A stretch of 64,000 nt of DNA. Origin: Pristiophorus japonicus (lineage: Eukaryota). The notes below the pieces were generated by a model. That model saw only the letters and a program-made list of their open reading frames with translations. It was not told where the DNA came from and ran no database searches. Each line of letters starts with the position of its first letter. Positions within the stretch are counted from its first letter, which is position 1. Below are positions 63,937 through 64,000 of the stretch, in pieces. The position numbers and the translations under genes are program-made. The DNA lies in NCBI RefSeq assembly GCF_044704955.1, contig NC_091984.1, positions 128,278,001 through 128,342,000 on the forward strand. Direction: 5' to 3'.

Positions 63937-64000
63937 AGTTAGATGTAGTCCTTACTACTAGGGGGATCAAGGGGTATAGCGAGAAAGCAGGAATGGGGTA
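63937..64000 (+). mobile_element. CR1 3' fragment inserted in env (cut by window edge)
   Basis: Matches 60903-60966 (AGTCCTTACTACT.GGGGGATCAAGGG.TAT). Confidence 0.85.

Overview
Eukaryotic (vertebrate) DNA that is almost entirely repeats, probably intronic or intergenic. The repeat set (CR1/HER1-type LINEs with (TTCTATGT)n tails, SacSINE1-like DeuSINEs, L2, RTE, Penelope-like ends) points to a cartilaginous fish (inference). No host protein-coding exon could be confidently recognised. The window holds many CR1, L2 and RTE fragments, two RTE-derived bipartite SINE-like elements, two solo LTRs, Penelope-like ends with hammerhead-core remnants, and a 24-bp minisatellite. It also has about a dozen Harbinger/PIF-type DNA transposons and MITEs; four keep Myb/SANT gene remnants but lack the transposase core. 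The last 5.5 kb is the most notable part: the 3' end of a minus-strand LTR retroelement. Its decayed env looks like a compact class I F-type fusogen with foamy-virus TM-like motifs and no visible receptor-binding insert (lokiretrovirus/foamy-like), followed by a long LTR interrupted by a young CR1. Boundaries of old fragments are approximate and protein similarities are from recall, not searches.
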